Positions 32,523 through 43,023 of a stretch of 64,000 nt of DNA are shown in pieces. Both the position numbers and the translations under genes were made by a program. Source of the stretch: an uncultured Clostridia bacterium (GTDB lineage: Bacteria > Bacillota > Clostridia > TANB77 > CAG-508). Under the pieces are notes generated by a model. That model was given only the letters and a program-made list of their open reading frames with translations. It was not told the origin of the DNA and did not search any database. Within the stretch, counting starts at the first letter, position 1. Each line of letters opens with the position of its first letter. The DNA lies in contig CAKOVI010000001.1 of NCBI GenBank assembly GCA_934121905.1, forward strand, positions 303,700 through 367,699. The letters are read 5' to 3'.

Positions 32523-32612
32523 GGTGCCGTCCTTTTTTTAGACAGTATCCAAAAAAGGACGGCACCGACGGTACCAAAAGAATAGCCAAAAAAAGGACGG
32601 CACCAACGGTAA
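32523..32612. repeat. Intergenic palindromic repeat cluster (GGTGCCGTCCTTTTTTT ... AAAAAAGGACGGCACC, plus an extra half-site)
   Basis: Perfect inverted repeats visible in the sequence. Member of the GC-rich hairpin family recurring about 15 times from here to the window end. Confidence 0.8.
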
Positions 32613-32681
32613 AAGAAAAAAGTCATAAATTTAAAACCTTCTAATATAATTATAGTAAATTATATTGGGAGGTTAAATTTT

Positions 32682-34265
32682 ATGGAAGTACAAGTAAGCA
32701 AAGAAAATATATGTATAAATAAACTAGTTGCAGAAAAAAAGGAAATAATTTTTGTAAATAGTGATATGATTGTACCTGATTCAAAACCAGATATTTTGAA
32801 CACAATTAACGTTTCAGGAAATGTATGTTTATATAAAAAAGAAGTAGCAGAAGACAAAGTGAAAATAGAAGGATGTATTAATACATATGTAATGTATTTA
32901 CCAGATAGTAAAGATGATAATTTAAGGGCATTAAATTGTAATCTTGATTTTTCTGAAAATATAGCTATTCAAGGTTGCAAAGAAGGAATGATTTTAAATA
33001 CAAAATGTGTAATAAGAGATATTGAATGTAAAGTGATAAATGGTAGAAAAGTTACAATCAAGGCAAGTGTAGAGGTGAACATAAAAGTATATTCAAATGA
33101 GGATGTTGAAATAATAAATAAAATAAATAATATTGATGATATACAAACTCTTCAAGAAAATTTTTGTATAAATTCACTAATAGGAAACGGGAAAACATCT
33201 GTATATGCAAAAGACACTGTTAATATTGATCAAGCTGATGAACTTGCAGAAATTTTAAAAGTTGACATAAATTTAGTGGATAAAGATATAAAAATAAGTT
33301 ATAACAAGGTACTTGCGAAAGCTGAGGCAGAAGTAAAAATAATGTATCTAACAGAAGACAATAGGATTGGAAGAACTGTTGGAAGAATACCAGTTGTAGG
33401 ATTTATTGACATACAAAATATTTCCGAGGACAATATTTGTGATGTTAATTACGAAATTAAAAATATGATATTTAAACCAAATCCAGCAGAAGAACATTCT
33501 ATATATATTGAACTTGAAATTGAAGAAAGTTGTATGGCATTTGAGAAAAAACAAATAAATTTAATCCAAGACCTATATAGTCCAACATGTAATTTAGAAT
33601 TTTCACAAAAGAGAATATCATCTTCGTCTGATAAAAGTGAAGTAACAAAAGATTTTACAATAAAGGACAATATAGAAATTTCTAAAATAACAGAAGGAAG
33701 TTTATTAGATGTTGAAGTTGTACCAAATTTATTAAATACAGAAATAACAAATACTAAAATAACTTATTCTGGAGATTTAAATTTAAATTTCATCTTTACC
33801 AACGAAAGTTCTGTTAATTCAAGAAGTGCAAAAATGCCATTTGAAATTTCAATGGAGAATGAAAGCAGAAGTGATAAAATAAATGTAGAAGCAGATATTT
33901 CTATTCAAAGTACAAATTTTGAGATTCAATCAAATGGAAATGTATCAGGAGAAGTAGAACTTGAAGTTGATGCAAGAACAAATAGAAATGTTAGTATGAA
34001 TATTATAGATAATATTGAATTTTCAAATGATTCAGATACTGGAAAAGATGAGGATTATGATAGTTTGATTTTATATATTGCAAAACCCGGAGATTCTTTA
34101 TGGAAAATTGCAAAAAAATTCAATAGTACAGTTGATGAATTAGCTAGAATGAACGGAATAGAGAATGAAAATGAAATAATCATTGGGCAAAAAATTTATA
34201 TTCCTAAATTCAATTATATAAAGAAAGAAAAGATTGAAAATGCAAGAGAGCAAGTCGTCGTATAA
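32682..34265 (+). CDS. Spore-coat morphogenetic protein, SipL/SpoVID-like (DUF3794-type N-domain plus C-terminal LysM)
   Basis: 527 aa. C-terminal LysM (YIAKPGDSLWKIAKKFNSTVDELARMNGIENENEIIIGQKIYIP). The N-terminal beta-rich DUF3794-like repeats are typical of the SipL/SpoVID family. Confidence 0.6.
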   Translation: MEVQVSKENICINKLVAEKKEIIFVNSDMIVPDSKPDILNTINVSGNVCLYKKEVAEDKVKIEGCINTYVMYLPDSKDDNLRALNCNLDFSENIAIQGCKEGMILNTKCVIRDIECKVINGRKVTIKASVEVNIKVYSNEDVEIINKINNIDDIQTLQENFCINSLIGNGKTSVYAKDTVNIDQADELAEILKVDINLVDKDIKISYNKVLAKAEAEVKIMYLTEDNRIGRTVGRIPVVGFIDIQNISEDNICDVNYEIKNMIFKPNPAEEHSIYIELEIEESCMAFEKKQINLIQDLYSPTCNLEFSQKRISSSSDKSEVTKDFTIKDNIEISKITEGSLLDVEVVPNLLNTEITNTKITYSGDLNLNFIFTNESSVNSRSAKMPFEISMENESRSDKINVEADISIQSTNFEIQSNGNVSGEVELEVDARTNRNVSMNIIDNIEFSNDSDTGKDEDYDSLILYIAKPGDSLWKIAKKFNSTVDELARMNGIENENEIIIGQKIYIPKFNYIKKEKIENAREQVVV

Positions 34266-34945
34266 AATTTACTCGAGAAGTAGATTCAATATTTTTAAAG
34301 GAAATAAAAAAAGAAACTCATGTGGAAAATTTCAAGAAAGTAGAAATAAATCTATATATTTTTGCATAATAATTTTAGTTGCAATTTTCGTATTCAATAT
34401 ATTAGGTAAATCTGTTGCTCCTATTTTTGAAACATTGTGTAAAGAAAAAGCACACGAAATAGCAACAGTTGCAACAAATGAAGAATCAACAAAAGTTATG
34501 GCAAATTATGAATATGGAGATTTATTCAATGTAGAGAAAGATGAAAGTCGGAAATATAAAAATGATTGTTGCAAATATTTTTACAATAAATGAAATCACA
34601 TCAGATATTGCAATAAACATTCAAAAAGCTTTAGACAATTATGAAGATACTAATGTGAAACTTTCATTTGGAAGTTTTACAGGTAGTAAATTACTTTCTA
34701 GTATTGGACCTAATGTTAAGATTGGCTTATCATCTGTTGGAAAAGTTAATACAGATGTTAGAAGTGAATTTGCGGCTCAAGGTATAAATCAAACCATACA
34801 TAGGGTATATTTGCAGATTGATTGTACAGTTAATATTTTGACGCCTTATGAAAGTATAGATACTGATGTTTCTAATCAGGTTTTGTTGATGGAGAATGTG
34901 ATTATTGGAGAGATACCTGCGAATTATTTTAATGTGGAAAAATAA
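34240..34945 (+). CDS. yunB: Sporulation protein YunB, interrupted by a +1 frame change at in-frame CGG (34549-34551). Joins ORFs 34234..34593 and 34541..34945
   Basis: Basic N-terminus plus TM. Conserved YunB region ...ATVATNEESTKVMANYEYGDLFNVEKDES|GNIKMIVANIFTINEITSDIAINIQ continues only in the +1 frame. Confidence 0.6.
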
Positions 34946-34956
34946 TTTTTTGTTAT

Positions 34957-35027
34957 GTTCCATTGGGACCGGGTCTTTTTGGTACATTAATGCTAAATGT
35001 ACCAAAAAGACCCGGTCCCAATGGAAC
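34957..35027. repeat. Perfect 71-nt palindrome of the GGGACCGGGTCTTTTTGGTACAT family
   Basis: GTTCCATTGGGACCGGGTCTTTTTGGTACATTAATGCTAAATGTACCAAAAAGACCCGGTCCCAATGGAAC sits between convergent yunB and deoD. Likely bidirectional terminator. Confidence 0.85.
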
Positions 35028-35031
35028 AAAA

Positions 35032-35745
35032 TTATATACTATCCAAAGCTAGTTCAATCATTTTATTTAAGCCTTGTTCTCTTTCTTCAGAAGAGGCGTG
35101 AGAATCTTTGAAAATCGAATCTACAACAGTCATAAGGCAACTTGCATTTTTACCAAGTTTAAATGCATTATATAAAAGAGCAAAAGCTTCCATTTCAACA
35201 GAAACAGGATTAAAATTAGAAGGTATCCTTTTTTTATATTCATCTAATTTTATAATATATTCATCAAATACTTCAGAACAAATAGTGTTTCCAACAATCA
35301 ATTTTTGATTTTTGCGGTTAGCAGTTTGTTCTATTTTTTCATTTAAAGTTTGACTTGCCTGCACTATATGAGAGTTTTCACTTGCAAAAGTTAGAGCATA
35401 ATTTCCTTCAGTATAAACTTGATTACTAAGTACGATGTCAAACATATCTAGTTCTGGTACCATTGCCCCACATGAACCTATTCGAATAATATTATCTACA
35501 TCATAAAATTTGAAAAGTTCGTATGAATAAATCCCCATACTTGGCATCCCCATACCAGATGCCATAACTGTTACTTCTTTTCCTTGATAGCTTCCAGTAA
35601 AAGCGTAAATTCCTCTTACATCATTTACCATTTTATAATTTTCTAAATATTTTTCTGCAATTAGTTTGGCTCTATTAGGGTCTCCTGGCATTATTACATT
35701 TTTTGCGATTTGACCAATTTTAGCATTATTGTGTGGTGTTCCCAT
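35032..35745 (-). CDS. deoD: Purine nucleoside phosphorylase, DeoD type
   Basis: N-terminus MGTPHNNAKIGQIAKNVIMPGDPNRAKLIAEKYLEN and ...GSCGAM... are hallmarks of PNP family 1. Confidence 0.85.
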   Translation of the reverse strand: MGTPHNNAKIGQIAKNVIMPGDPNRAKLIAEKYLENYKMVNDVRGIYAFTGSYQGKEVTVMASGMGMPSMGIYSYELFKFYDVDNIIRIGSCGAMVPELDMFDIVLSNQVYTEGNYALTFASENSHIVQASQTLNEKIEQTANRKNQKLIVGNTICSEVFDEYIIKLDEYKKRIPSNFNPVSVEMEAFALLYNAFKLGKNASCLMTVVDSIFKDSHASSEEREQGLNKMIELALDSI

Positions 35746-35832
35746 AAATTTTCCTCCTTTTTTATTGTATTATATACAAAAGGAATGAAATATACAAGTA
35801 TTTTTATAGAATAGAGGAAGAATAATTTTTGC

Positions 35833-35873
35833 ATTGGGGACGGTTCTTTTCGCAAAAAGAACCGTCCCCAATC
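35833..35873. repeat. Palindromic repeat ATTGGGGACGGTTCTTTTCGCAAAAAGAACCGTCCCCAAT
   Basis: Perfect inverted repeat. GGGGACGGTTC subfamily member. Confidence 0.8.
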
Positions 35874-35887
35874 AGAAAAAATTCTTT

Positions 35888-35920
35888 AAACCTCTTGCAA
35901 AATCGGAAAAAAAATATTAT
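35888..35920 (+). promoter_or_regulatory. pyrG sigma-A promoter (TTGCAA, 17-nt spacer, TATAAT) followed by a roughly 140-nt structured leader
   Basis: Near-consensus hexamers. The leader carries hairpins AAAACCAAATTTTTTGGT and TTAATCTTT...AAAGATTAA ahead of the RBS, a possible attenuator as seen for Bacillus pyrG. Confidence 0.5.
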
Positions 35921-36067
35921 AATATCAAAGTAGATTAAAATTAACACCAAAATTTCCCAAAAGCAATTTTAGGAAAAAAAAAACCAAATTTTTTGGTAGT
36001 TAAAATTTTAATCTTTTTTTATTTTAAAGATTAAAAATTCAAATTTGGTTTTAGAAAAGGAGAAACT

Positions 36068-37663
36068 ATGAACACAAAATACATATTTGTAACAGGAGGA
36101 GTAGTATCAGGACTAGGAAAAGGAATAACAGCAGCATCACTTGGAAGGCTATTAAAAAACAGAGGATATAAAGTAACAATCCAAAAATTTGACCCATATC
36201 TAAATGTAGACCCAGGAACAATGAGTCCTTATGAACATGGAGAAGTCTTTGTAACAGACGATGGGGCAGAAACAGATTTAGATTTAGGACATTATGAGAG
36301 ATTTATAGATGAAAACTTAACAAAAAATTCAAGTGTAACAATGGGAAAAGTATATTTATCAGTATTAGAAAAAGAAAGAAGAGGAGATTATCTTGGAAAA
36401 ACAGTACAAGTAATACCACATGTTACAAATGAAATAAAAGAAAAAATTTATAGTTTCGAAGATACAGATGTAGATATAGTAATAACAGAAGTTGGAGGAA
36501 CTGTAGGAGATATAGAGGGACTTTCAATTATAGAAGCAATTCGTCAAGTTGGACTTGAAAAAAACAAAGAAGATGTATTATATGTTCATGTAACATTACT
36601 CCCATATATATCAGGTTCAAATGAAATAAAATCAAAACCAACACAACATTCTGTAAAAGAATTACAAAGTTTAGGAATTCAACCAGACATTTTAGTTTGT
36701 AGAGCTGAGCAAGAAATACCTGAAAACATAAGGGAAAAATTAGCACTATTTTGTAATGTAAGAAAATCAAGTGTTATACAAAATAAAACAGCAGATTGCT
36801 TATATGCAGTACCATTAATGCTTGAAAAAGAGGGACTAGCTAGAGAAGTATGCAATCATTTAAGATTAGACAGCTTTGTACCAGACAATTCAAAATGGGA
36901 AGAAATGGTTGAAAATATAAGAACAATAAAACCAGAAGATAAGGTTAAAGTTGCAATAGTTGGAAAATATGTAAAACTAGAAGATTCTTATATTTCTGTT
37001 GTAGAAAGCCTACAACACGCAGGTTTTGTAAATAAAGTAAAAGTAGAAATTTATATGGTAGATTCTGAAACAATAGTAGCTGAAAATGTTAAAGAAAAAT
37101 TATCAAAATATGATGCAATAGTAGTTCCAGGTGGATTTGGAAACCGTGGAATTGAAGGAATGATAGAGACTATAAAATATGCAAGAGAAGAAAAAGTGCC
37201 ATTTTTAGGAATTTGTCTTGGAATGCAAATGACAGTTGTAGAATATGCAAGAAATGTATTAGGATTAAAAGATGCCAATTCTGCAGAATTTAGCGATACG
37301 ACTAAAAATCCTGTAATTCATATTATGGAAACACAAAAAGACATAAAGAAAAAAGGCGGAACAATGCGTCTTGGAAGTTATCCATGTGTAATAAAAACAG
37401 GAAGTTTAGCAGAAGAAGTTTATGGAACAAGCAAAATTGATGAAAGACATAGACATAGATTTGAATATAACAACGAATACAAGGAAAGGCTAGAAGAAGC
37501 GGGACTTATATGCTCCGGAGTTTCACCTGATGGAAATTTGGTTGAGATTGTTGAGATGAAAGATCATCCGTATTTTATAGCAGGACAATTTCATCCTGAA
37601 TTAAAATCAAGACCAAATAGACCAGCACCATTATTTGTTGGATTAATAAAAGCTGCAAAATAA
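36068..37663 (+). CDS. pyrG: CTP synthase
   Basis: 531 aa. N-terminal synthetase motif [15 protein letters not shown], glutamine amidotransferase GICLGMQ and Cys-His-Glu triad. Confidence 0.95.
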   Translation: MNTKYIFVTGGVVSGLGKGITAASLGRLLKNRGYKVTIQKFDPYLNVDPGTMSPYEHGEVFVTDDGAETDLDLGHYERFIDENLTKNSSVTMGKVYLSVLEKERRGDYLGKTVQVIPHVTNEIKEKIYSFEDTDVDIVITEVGGTVGDIEGLSIIEAIRQVGLEKNKEDVLYVHVTLLPYISGSNEIKSKPTQHSVKELQSLGIQPDILVCRAEQEIPENIREKLALFCNVRKSSVIQNKTADCLYAVPLMLEKEGLAREVCNHLRLDSFVPDNSKWEEMVENIRTIKPEDKVKVAIVGKYVKLEDSYISVVESLQHAGFVNKVKVEIYMVDSETIVAENVKEKLSKYDAIVVPGGFGNRGIEGMIETIKYAREEKVPFLGICLGMQMTVVEYARNVLGLKDANSAEFSDTTKNPVIHIMETQKDIKKKGGTMRLGSYPCVIKTGSLAEEVYGTSKIDERHRHRFEYNNEYKERLEEAGLICSGVSPDGNLVEIVEMKDHPYFIAGQFHPELKSRPNRPAPLFVGLIKAAK

Positions 37664-37667
37664 TGTC

Positions 37668-37722
37668 CAAAAAAGAACCGGTTCCAAATGAACATTGTTC
37701 ACAAAAGAACCGGTCCAAAACG
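37668..37722. repeat. Repeat pair AAAGAACCGGTTCC / AAAGAACCGGTCC
   Basis: Two copies of the family core immediately after the pyrG stop. Confidence 0.7.
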
Positions 37723-37740
37723 AACAAAAGGAGAAAAAAA

Positions 37741-38552
37741 TGGAACTAACACTAACACAATATTTTTTATTATTTATGATATATTCAGTAGCAGGTTGGA
37801 TACTGGAAGTAACATGCAAGCTAATAGAATATAAAAGATTTATAAACAGAGGATTCTTAATAGGACCTTATTGTCCAATATATGGATGGGGAGCAGTTGC
37901 AATAACATTTTTACTATATAGATATTCTTATGACCCACTAATTCTATTTTTTATGACATTATTAACATGTTCAATTCTAGAATACGCAACAAGTTGGGTT
38001 ATGGAAAAATTATTTAAAGCTAGATGGTGGGACTACAGTAAACGTAAGTTTAATATAGATGGTAGAGTATGTTTAGGAACAATGATACCATTTGGAATAT
38101 TTGGAATGATACTTACATATGTAACCAATCCGTTAATAATAAGTGGATTAGATAAAGTGAATCCTATGACGTTGAATATTATAGCAATCATATTGTTAGT
38201 AATTTATCTAGTTGATAATGTTCTTTCATCAATTGTAATTTTCGGATTTAGAAAAACAACAGTACAGGTTGGAAGAGAAGGAAGACAAGATAATACGGAA
38301 CAAATTACAAAAAAAGTAAGAGAAATTTTAAGTTCAAGATCTTGGATGTACAAAAGACTTGTCGATGCGTACCCTAAACTTGTTGCAATTAAAACTAAAA
38401 TAAAGGAAATCAAAGATGAAGTTAAGGAAAATGCAATAGAAGTTAAAAATAGTATAAATGAAAAAGCACAAGATGTAAGAAACACTATAAGTGAAAAGAA
38501 GGATGAGGTTAAAAATACAATTTCAGAAAAATTAAATGGAGAGAAAAAATAA
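37741..38552 (+). CDS. Polytopic membrane protein (ABC_trans_CmpB/DUF-like) with a repetitive Lys/Glu-rich C-terminal tail
   Basis: Five or six TM helices (YSVAGWILEV...GPYCPIYGWGAVAITFLLY). C-terminal KDEVKENAIEVKNSINEKAQDVRNTISEKKDEVKNTISEK repeats. Confidence 0.5.
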
Positions 38553-38610
38553 CCAATTGGTAACGGGGGTTTTTAGAATATTTTTATCTAGAAATCCCCG
38601 TCACCAATTG
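38553..38610. repeat. Palindromic repeat CAATTGGTAACGGGGGTTTTTAG...CTAGAAATCCCCGTCACCAATTG
   Basis: Inverted repeat with a T-tract, a variant of the family. Terminator-like after the membrane-protein gene. Confidence 0.7.
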
Positions 38611-38631
38611 TGAAAAAAGGAGCAAAATGGT

Positions 38632-39588
38632 TTGAGTAATTTAGAAGCATACATAGAAAAAATAAAAAAAGAAACTCAAGGACTTAATGATATTGAAAAA
38701 TTAAGATATATTTATATTGATTTAGGAAAAAGGTTTGCATTTGATTTGGATTTTTCATTTGGAAATACAAAATCAAAACAAAAAATATATCATCAAAGTG
38801 GTACTTTAGATGGAATAGAAGAAAGCCTCGAAAGCAATGTTATTATATGTAAAACAGTATCAAAGATGTATGAATATATAATGAGTAGTTTAGGGGTAGA
38901 TTTAAAAACTATAGTTGATGATAGTGATAGTAGAAAATACCCTCATGTATATAATATATTAAAATCCGAAGATGGGAAAACGTATATTTTTGATTTACAA
39001 GAGGATATGCGAAATATAAAGGCACATCTAAGAACAAGATACTTTGGAATTCAAGCAAATGACGATTCTAAAACTATAATAAGCAGATGGGATTTAGATC
39101 AAATTGATAAAAAAATAGGATATGTATCAAAAAATATTGGCTATACAGATGAATACCTAGATTTGATAAGGATTAATATGAATTTTATATCAGATTTTAG
39201 GCAAAGGGTAGAATTTGTTTTAGAGGAGTTAGAAGCGTACTCAGATGAACAAATGGGATATGCTGATAGAAGATGGAGAATGGAAGACATGCTCGGAAAC
39301 TATGGACGAGACGGACTTTTGTTTTCAGCAAATGAAAGCAAAAAAATTCATATAATTGATTGTTATAAAGACATTAATGGAAAAAGAATTTATAAATTGG
39401 GTGTTTTAGTAGATGGTAAGGGTAGCCCTGATATATATTTATTTTCAGAAGAAAAAAAGATGTATGAAAAGAAGAATTTGGATGAATTCGCAGACTTTAT
39501 TCGAGATGGTTGGACTAATATGCAGGGAATACAAGGCTTGAAACAAGTATTAAGAAGTAAAAGAGAAGAAACTCAAAATAGCAGATAA
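38632..39588 (+). CDS. Hypothetical cytoplasmic protein (318 aa)
   Basis: ORF with a TTG/ATG start and RBS aaaaggagcaaaATG. No recognisable motif. Confidence 0.45.
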   Translation: MSNLEAYIEKIKKETQGLNDIEKLRYIYIDLGKRFAFDLDFSFGNTKSKQKIYHQSGTLDGIEESLESNVIICKTVSKMYEYIMSSLGVDLKTIVDDSDSRKYPHVYNILKSEDGKTYIFDLQEDMRNIKAHLRTRYFGIQANDDSKTIISRWDLDQIDKKIGYVSKNIGYTDEYLDLIRINMNFISDFRQRVEFVLEELEAYSDEQMGYADRRWRMEDMLGNYGRDGLLFSANESKKIHIIDCYKDINGKRIYKLGVLVDGKGSPDIYLFSEEKKMYEKKNLDEFADFIRDGWTNMQGIQGLKQVLRSKREETQNSR

Positions 39589-39743
39589 GACAAGAGATAT
39601 GGAGTAGTTATTAAACAGATATTTGATATTAAAATAGAATTGATAAAGCAATGGAGAATTTTCTAAAATACTTGCTAAACACAAAAGAATAGTATAGAAT
39701 AAAATTATAAAAATAAAACCGAAGAAAAAAGGAGGAGTAAAAA

Positions 39744-41102
39744 ATGAATTTAATGAAAAAATTCAGAAAAGACAAAGGTATAACATTAATAGCACTTGTA
39801 GTAACAATAATAGTTTTACTAATATTAGCAGGAATAAGTATAAATATGTTAACAGGTCAAAATGGAATACTAAAAAGGGCAACAGAAGCCAAAAACTTAA
39901 CAGGAGAAGCACAAGAAAGAGAAAATATACAAGTGGCAATAACATCAGCTCAAACAGAGGATTTTGCAAAAGAATCAGAAATAACAGATGAAACATTAAG
40001 AAAAGAAATAAAAAACACTATGGGAAGTGATAGTAACTTATCAGGAACAGGACCATGGTGGTATAATGGAGAAACAAACGATTATATAATTAAGAAAAAT
40101 GGAAAAATATTAGAAAAAGGAACACTTACGTATATGTATGAAAAAGCATTAATAGATAATTGTGAAAAAGCAGATGGAACATGTACAAATAGTGAACATT
40201 TACATATAGGTGACTATGTAGATTTAACAAATCCGACAGAAGGAAGTATAACAATTTCTGCGTCTGATTCAGGAATGGATACTGCAAAGAATAGTGCAAT
40301 AACAGATCAAACATTTAACATAGCAGAAAATCAATTAAATTGGAGAGTACTGGGAGAAAATGATGGAGGAGAAATAGAATTAATAGCAGGAAGTCCTATG
40401 AAAAGTACTAATGTTGTTGATTCTAAAAATAAACCAGGATTATATCTAAATGGAGCTAAAGTATATATAAATGGAGTAGAAATATTAAATAATATATGTA
40501 GTTTATACAAAACAAATGATAAAACAGGATATATATCAAGTTCAAGAAGTGTAACACAAAACGATGTAAATAAAGTAGTAGGATTAACGACGATTGATAT
40601 GATAAAGGAGAAAAATGTAGATAGGTACAACAATAATAAAAATAATTTGGGTTGGAAAGTACTAGGAGAAGCATATAGTTATGCAAATCAATATACTCCA
40701 GAAAGTTGGCTAGATGGCAAAACAAAAACAACAGTATCAGGAGAAATAACAGGATATAATTATAGCGTAAACAGTAATAGTACAAATGGTGCACCATCGG
40801 TAACAGTAAACGATAGGTTGTATAAAATGCTATTTGAAAATACAAATTATAATACGGGAAAAGCATACTGGTTGGCATCTCCTTCGATTTTAGGACGTTC
40901 TGGTTATGTTACTTACGGTTTGCTTACGGGCTGTATCACTATGGGTGATTCAGGTGTTAAAATGTATAGTATGTTCTTCTCTAATGGCAATGAGTATACT
41001 AGTTGTTTGGCAGTTCGTCCTGTAGTATCTATAAAATCTGATGTTACAAATACACAGGTACCAAAAATAGCAGATAAGACAGAAGAAACATGGAGTAATT
41101 AG
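39744..41102 (+). CDS. Type IV pilin-like protein with an atypical N-terminus (KG|ITLIALVVTIIVLLILAGISI) and a large C-terminal domain
   Basis: Prepilin-like leader (MNLMKKFRKDKG) plus a hydrophobic helix. Ala replaces the canonical Glu+5. 452 aa. Confidence 0.5.
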   Translation: MNLMKKFRKDKGITLIALVVTIIVLLILAGISINMLTGQNGILKRATEAKNLTGEAQERENIQVAITSAQTEDFAKESEITDETLRKEIKNTMGSDSNLSGTGPWWYNGETNDYIIKKNGKILEKGTLTYMYEKALIDNCEKADGTCTNSEHLHIGDYVDLTNPTEGSITISASDSGMDTAKNSAITDQTFNIAENQLNWRVLGENDGGEIELIAGSPMKSTNVVDSKNKPGLYLNGAKVYINGVEILNNICSLYKTNDKTGYISSSRSVTQNDVNKVVGLTTIDMIKEKNVDRYNNNKNNLGWKVLGEAYSYANQYTPESWLDGKTKTTVSGEITGYNYSVNSNSTNGAPSVTVNDRLYKMLFENTNYNTGKAYWLASPSILGRSGYVTYGLLTGCITMGDSGVKMYSMFFSNGNEYTSCLAVRPVVSIKSDVTNTQVPKIADKTEETWSN

Positions 41103-41436
41103 CTAGTAGATATAGAGTTAGTACTATTTTTGCAAGAGTAGCATTTTAGCACATATAAAAAGACTAAAAAATATGCAAAAAATGTGCAAAAAGAGCTTGA
41201 CAAAAAGAACAAAATAGTATAAAAAGAAAACAGAGAACGAAAAATAAAAAGAGGTATAAAATGCAAATGATAAGAAACGCTAAAACCTTTGTGGGAGTAT
41301 ATACACGGGCTATTTAAAAAAAGAAGAATAAAATATAAAAAAGCAACCAAAATAAACCTGTAAAAATATAGGTCTATTTTGGTTGCTTTTTGGCGTTTTA
41401 TCAAAGCGGAATACCTAGAAAAGGGAGGAAAAAAGA

Positions 41437-42275
41437 TGAATTTACAAAAATTCAAAGAAAAAAGAGGTATTACTCTAATAGCTCTTGTAGTTACAATCAT
41501 TGTGTTATTAATATTAGCAGGAATAAGTATAAGTATGCTAACAGGGCAAAATGGAATATTAAATAGAGCGGGAGAAGCAAAAGAGCAAACAACAGCAGCA
41601 CAAAAGAATGAAGAGGAAAATTTAAATACAATGCAGGATTTGATAGAGGAAAATATATCATCAAACAATGAATACAAAGGTATAACTATTACCGAAAAAA
41701 GTGCAGATGTTATATTTTTAAAAGCTGATGGAACAACTGAAGGAGATATAAACAATTTGGAAACAGGTGACATTGTGAAATTTGGAGATTATGAATATCA
41801 TTATAATCAAGCATATTATACGAATCCTTATGGAACAGGATGGAGTACTGATGATACAATGGATGGCTGGGGTGCAACGGTAATAGATAGAAGCAAGACG
41901 GAATATGGAGAATTGTGTGGAACTATTTTTGGAAAACAACTTAAGAGTATTAATTACCTATTTGGGGGAGCAATAGAATATTTAGCTTGTAAAAATATTC
42001 AAAAAAGTCCTAAAATTCCATATGGAGTTGTTAGTATGGGAGGAACATATCAATCTTGTACGAATTTAAAAACAGCGGAAACAATACCATCAAGTGTAAC
42101 AAATATGGACTATGCATTTTCTGGATGTGACAATTTGGAAGGAATTATTATAATTAATGCGAATCCTCAATCATATTATAATTGGTGTTCTGGACGAAAT
42201 GCAATTACAATTACAGGATCATCAAAATTATTGGAGGAATTAGCGAGTGGGTATTCCAATATAACTATAAAGTAA
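41437..42275 (+). CDS. Second type IV pilin-like protein, paralogue of 39744..41102 (same atypical N-terminus)
   Basis: MNLQKFKEKRG|ITLIALVVTIIVLLILAGISISMLTGQNGIL is nearly identical to the first copy's N-terminus. RBS gggaggaaaaaagATG. Confidence 0.5.
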
Positions 42276-42478
42276 AAAAATAGATAGTTATAGTCAAATT
42301 TCAATAACTAAATTAAAAAAGGAATTCTACATTAAATTTATTAATTATTTTAAATAAAAATCACTCAAAATACTTGCAATTCCACCAAAAAAGGTGTATA
42401 CTATTTAAAGCATAAAGAGAAAGGAAAGAGCGGGAGCAAAAATCTCGCTCTTAATTCTTGTAAAATAGGAGGTAAAAT

Positions 42479-42937
42479 TTGGCAAAAATCGAAGAAAAGG
42501 TTGAAAGCCTAGTAAAAGACAAAATAGAAAAAATAGGATATGAACTATATGACGTATTATATGTAAAAGAAGGTTCAAACAAAATCCTAAGAATAGTAAT
42601 AGATAGTGAACATGGAATATCACTAGACGATTGTGAAAAAGTAAACAACGAAATAAAAGAAATAATCGACGAAGCAAATCCAATAGAAGAACAATACTTC
42701 TTAGAAATATCATCTCCAGGAATAGAAAGATTACTAAGGAAAGACTGGCAACTAAAAAAATTCAAAGGAGCAGAAGTAAACATCAAACTATTCAAAAAAG
42801 ACGAAAACGGAAAAAAAGAATATGTAGGAACTTTAGGAAATGTAACAGAAAACACATTAGATGTTGAAACAGAAAGTAAAAATATAACAATAGACAGAAA
42901 AATTATATCACAAGTAAAAACAGTTTACACTGAATAA
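42479..42937 (+). CDS. rimP: Ribosome maturation factor RimP (TTG start)
   Basis: 152 aa. Motif KILRIVIDSEHGISLDDCEKV...FLEISSPGIERLLRK matches the RimP N- and C-domains. Precedes nusA. Confidence 0.85.
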   Translation: MAKIEEKVESLVKDKIEKIGYELYDVLYVKEGSNKILRIVIDSEHGISLDDCEKVNNEIKEIIDEANPIEEQYFLEISSPGIERLLRKDWQLKKFKGAEVNIKLFKKDENGKKEYVGTLGNVTENTLDVETESKNITIDRKIISQVKTVYTE

Positions 42938-42947
42938 AAAAAATTTT

Positions 42948-43003
42948 CACAAAAAGAACCGGTCCCAATGGGAAATGGCACAAAAAGAACCGGTCCCAAT
43001 GTG
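42948..43003. repeat. Two tandem copies of AAAAGAACCGGTCCCAATG in the rimP-nusA spacer
   Basis: Direct repeat of the family core, each with a GC-rich half-hairpin, inside a normally co-transcribed operon. Confidence 0.75.
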
Positions 43004-43023
43004 CCAAGAAAGGAAGTTAAAAA

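Noticed and set aside
41099-41773. 224-aa minus-strand ORF overlapping the promoter and start of the second pilin-like gene
   Set aside because: Ser/Phe/Ile-rich translation typical of antisense AT-rich DNA. No RBS. It overlaps a better-supported plus-strand gene. The same applies to the other minus-strand ORFs of 60-180 aa antisense to infB, pheS, murE, ctpA and others in the track.
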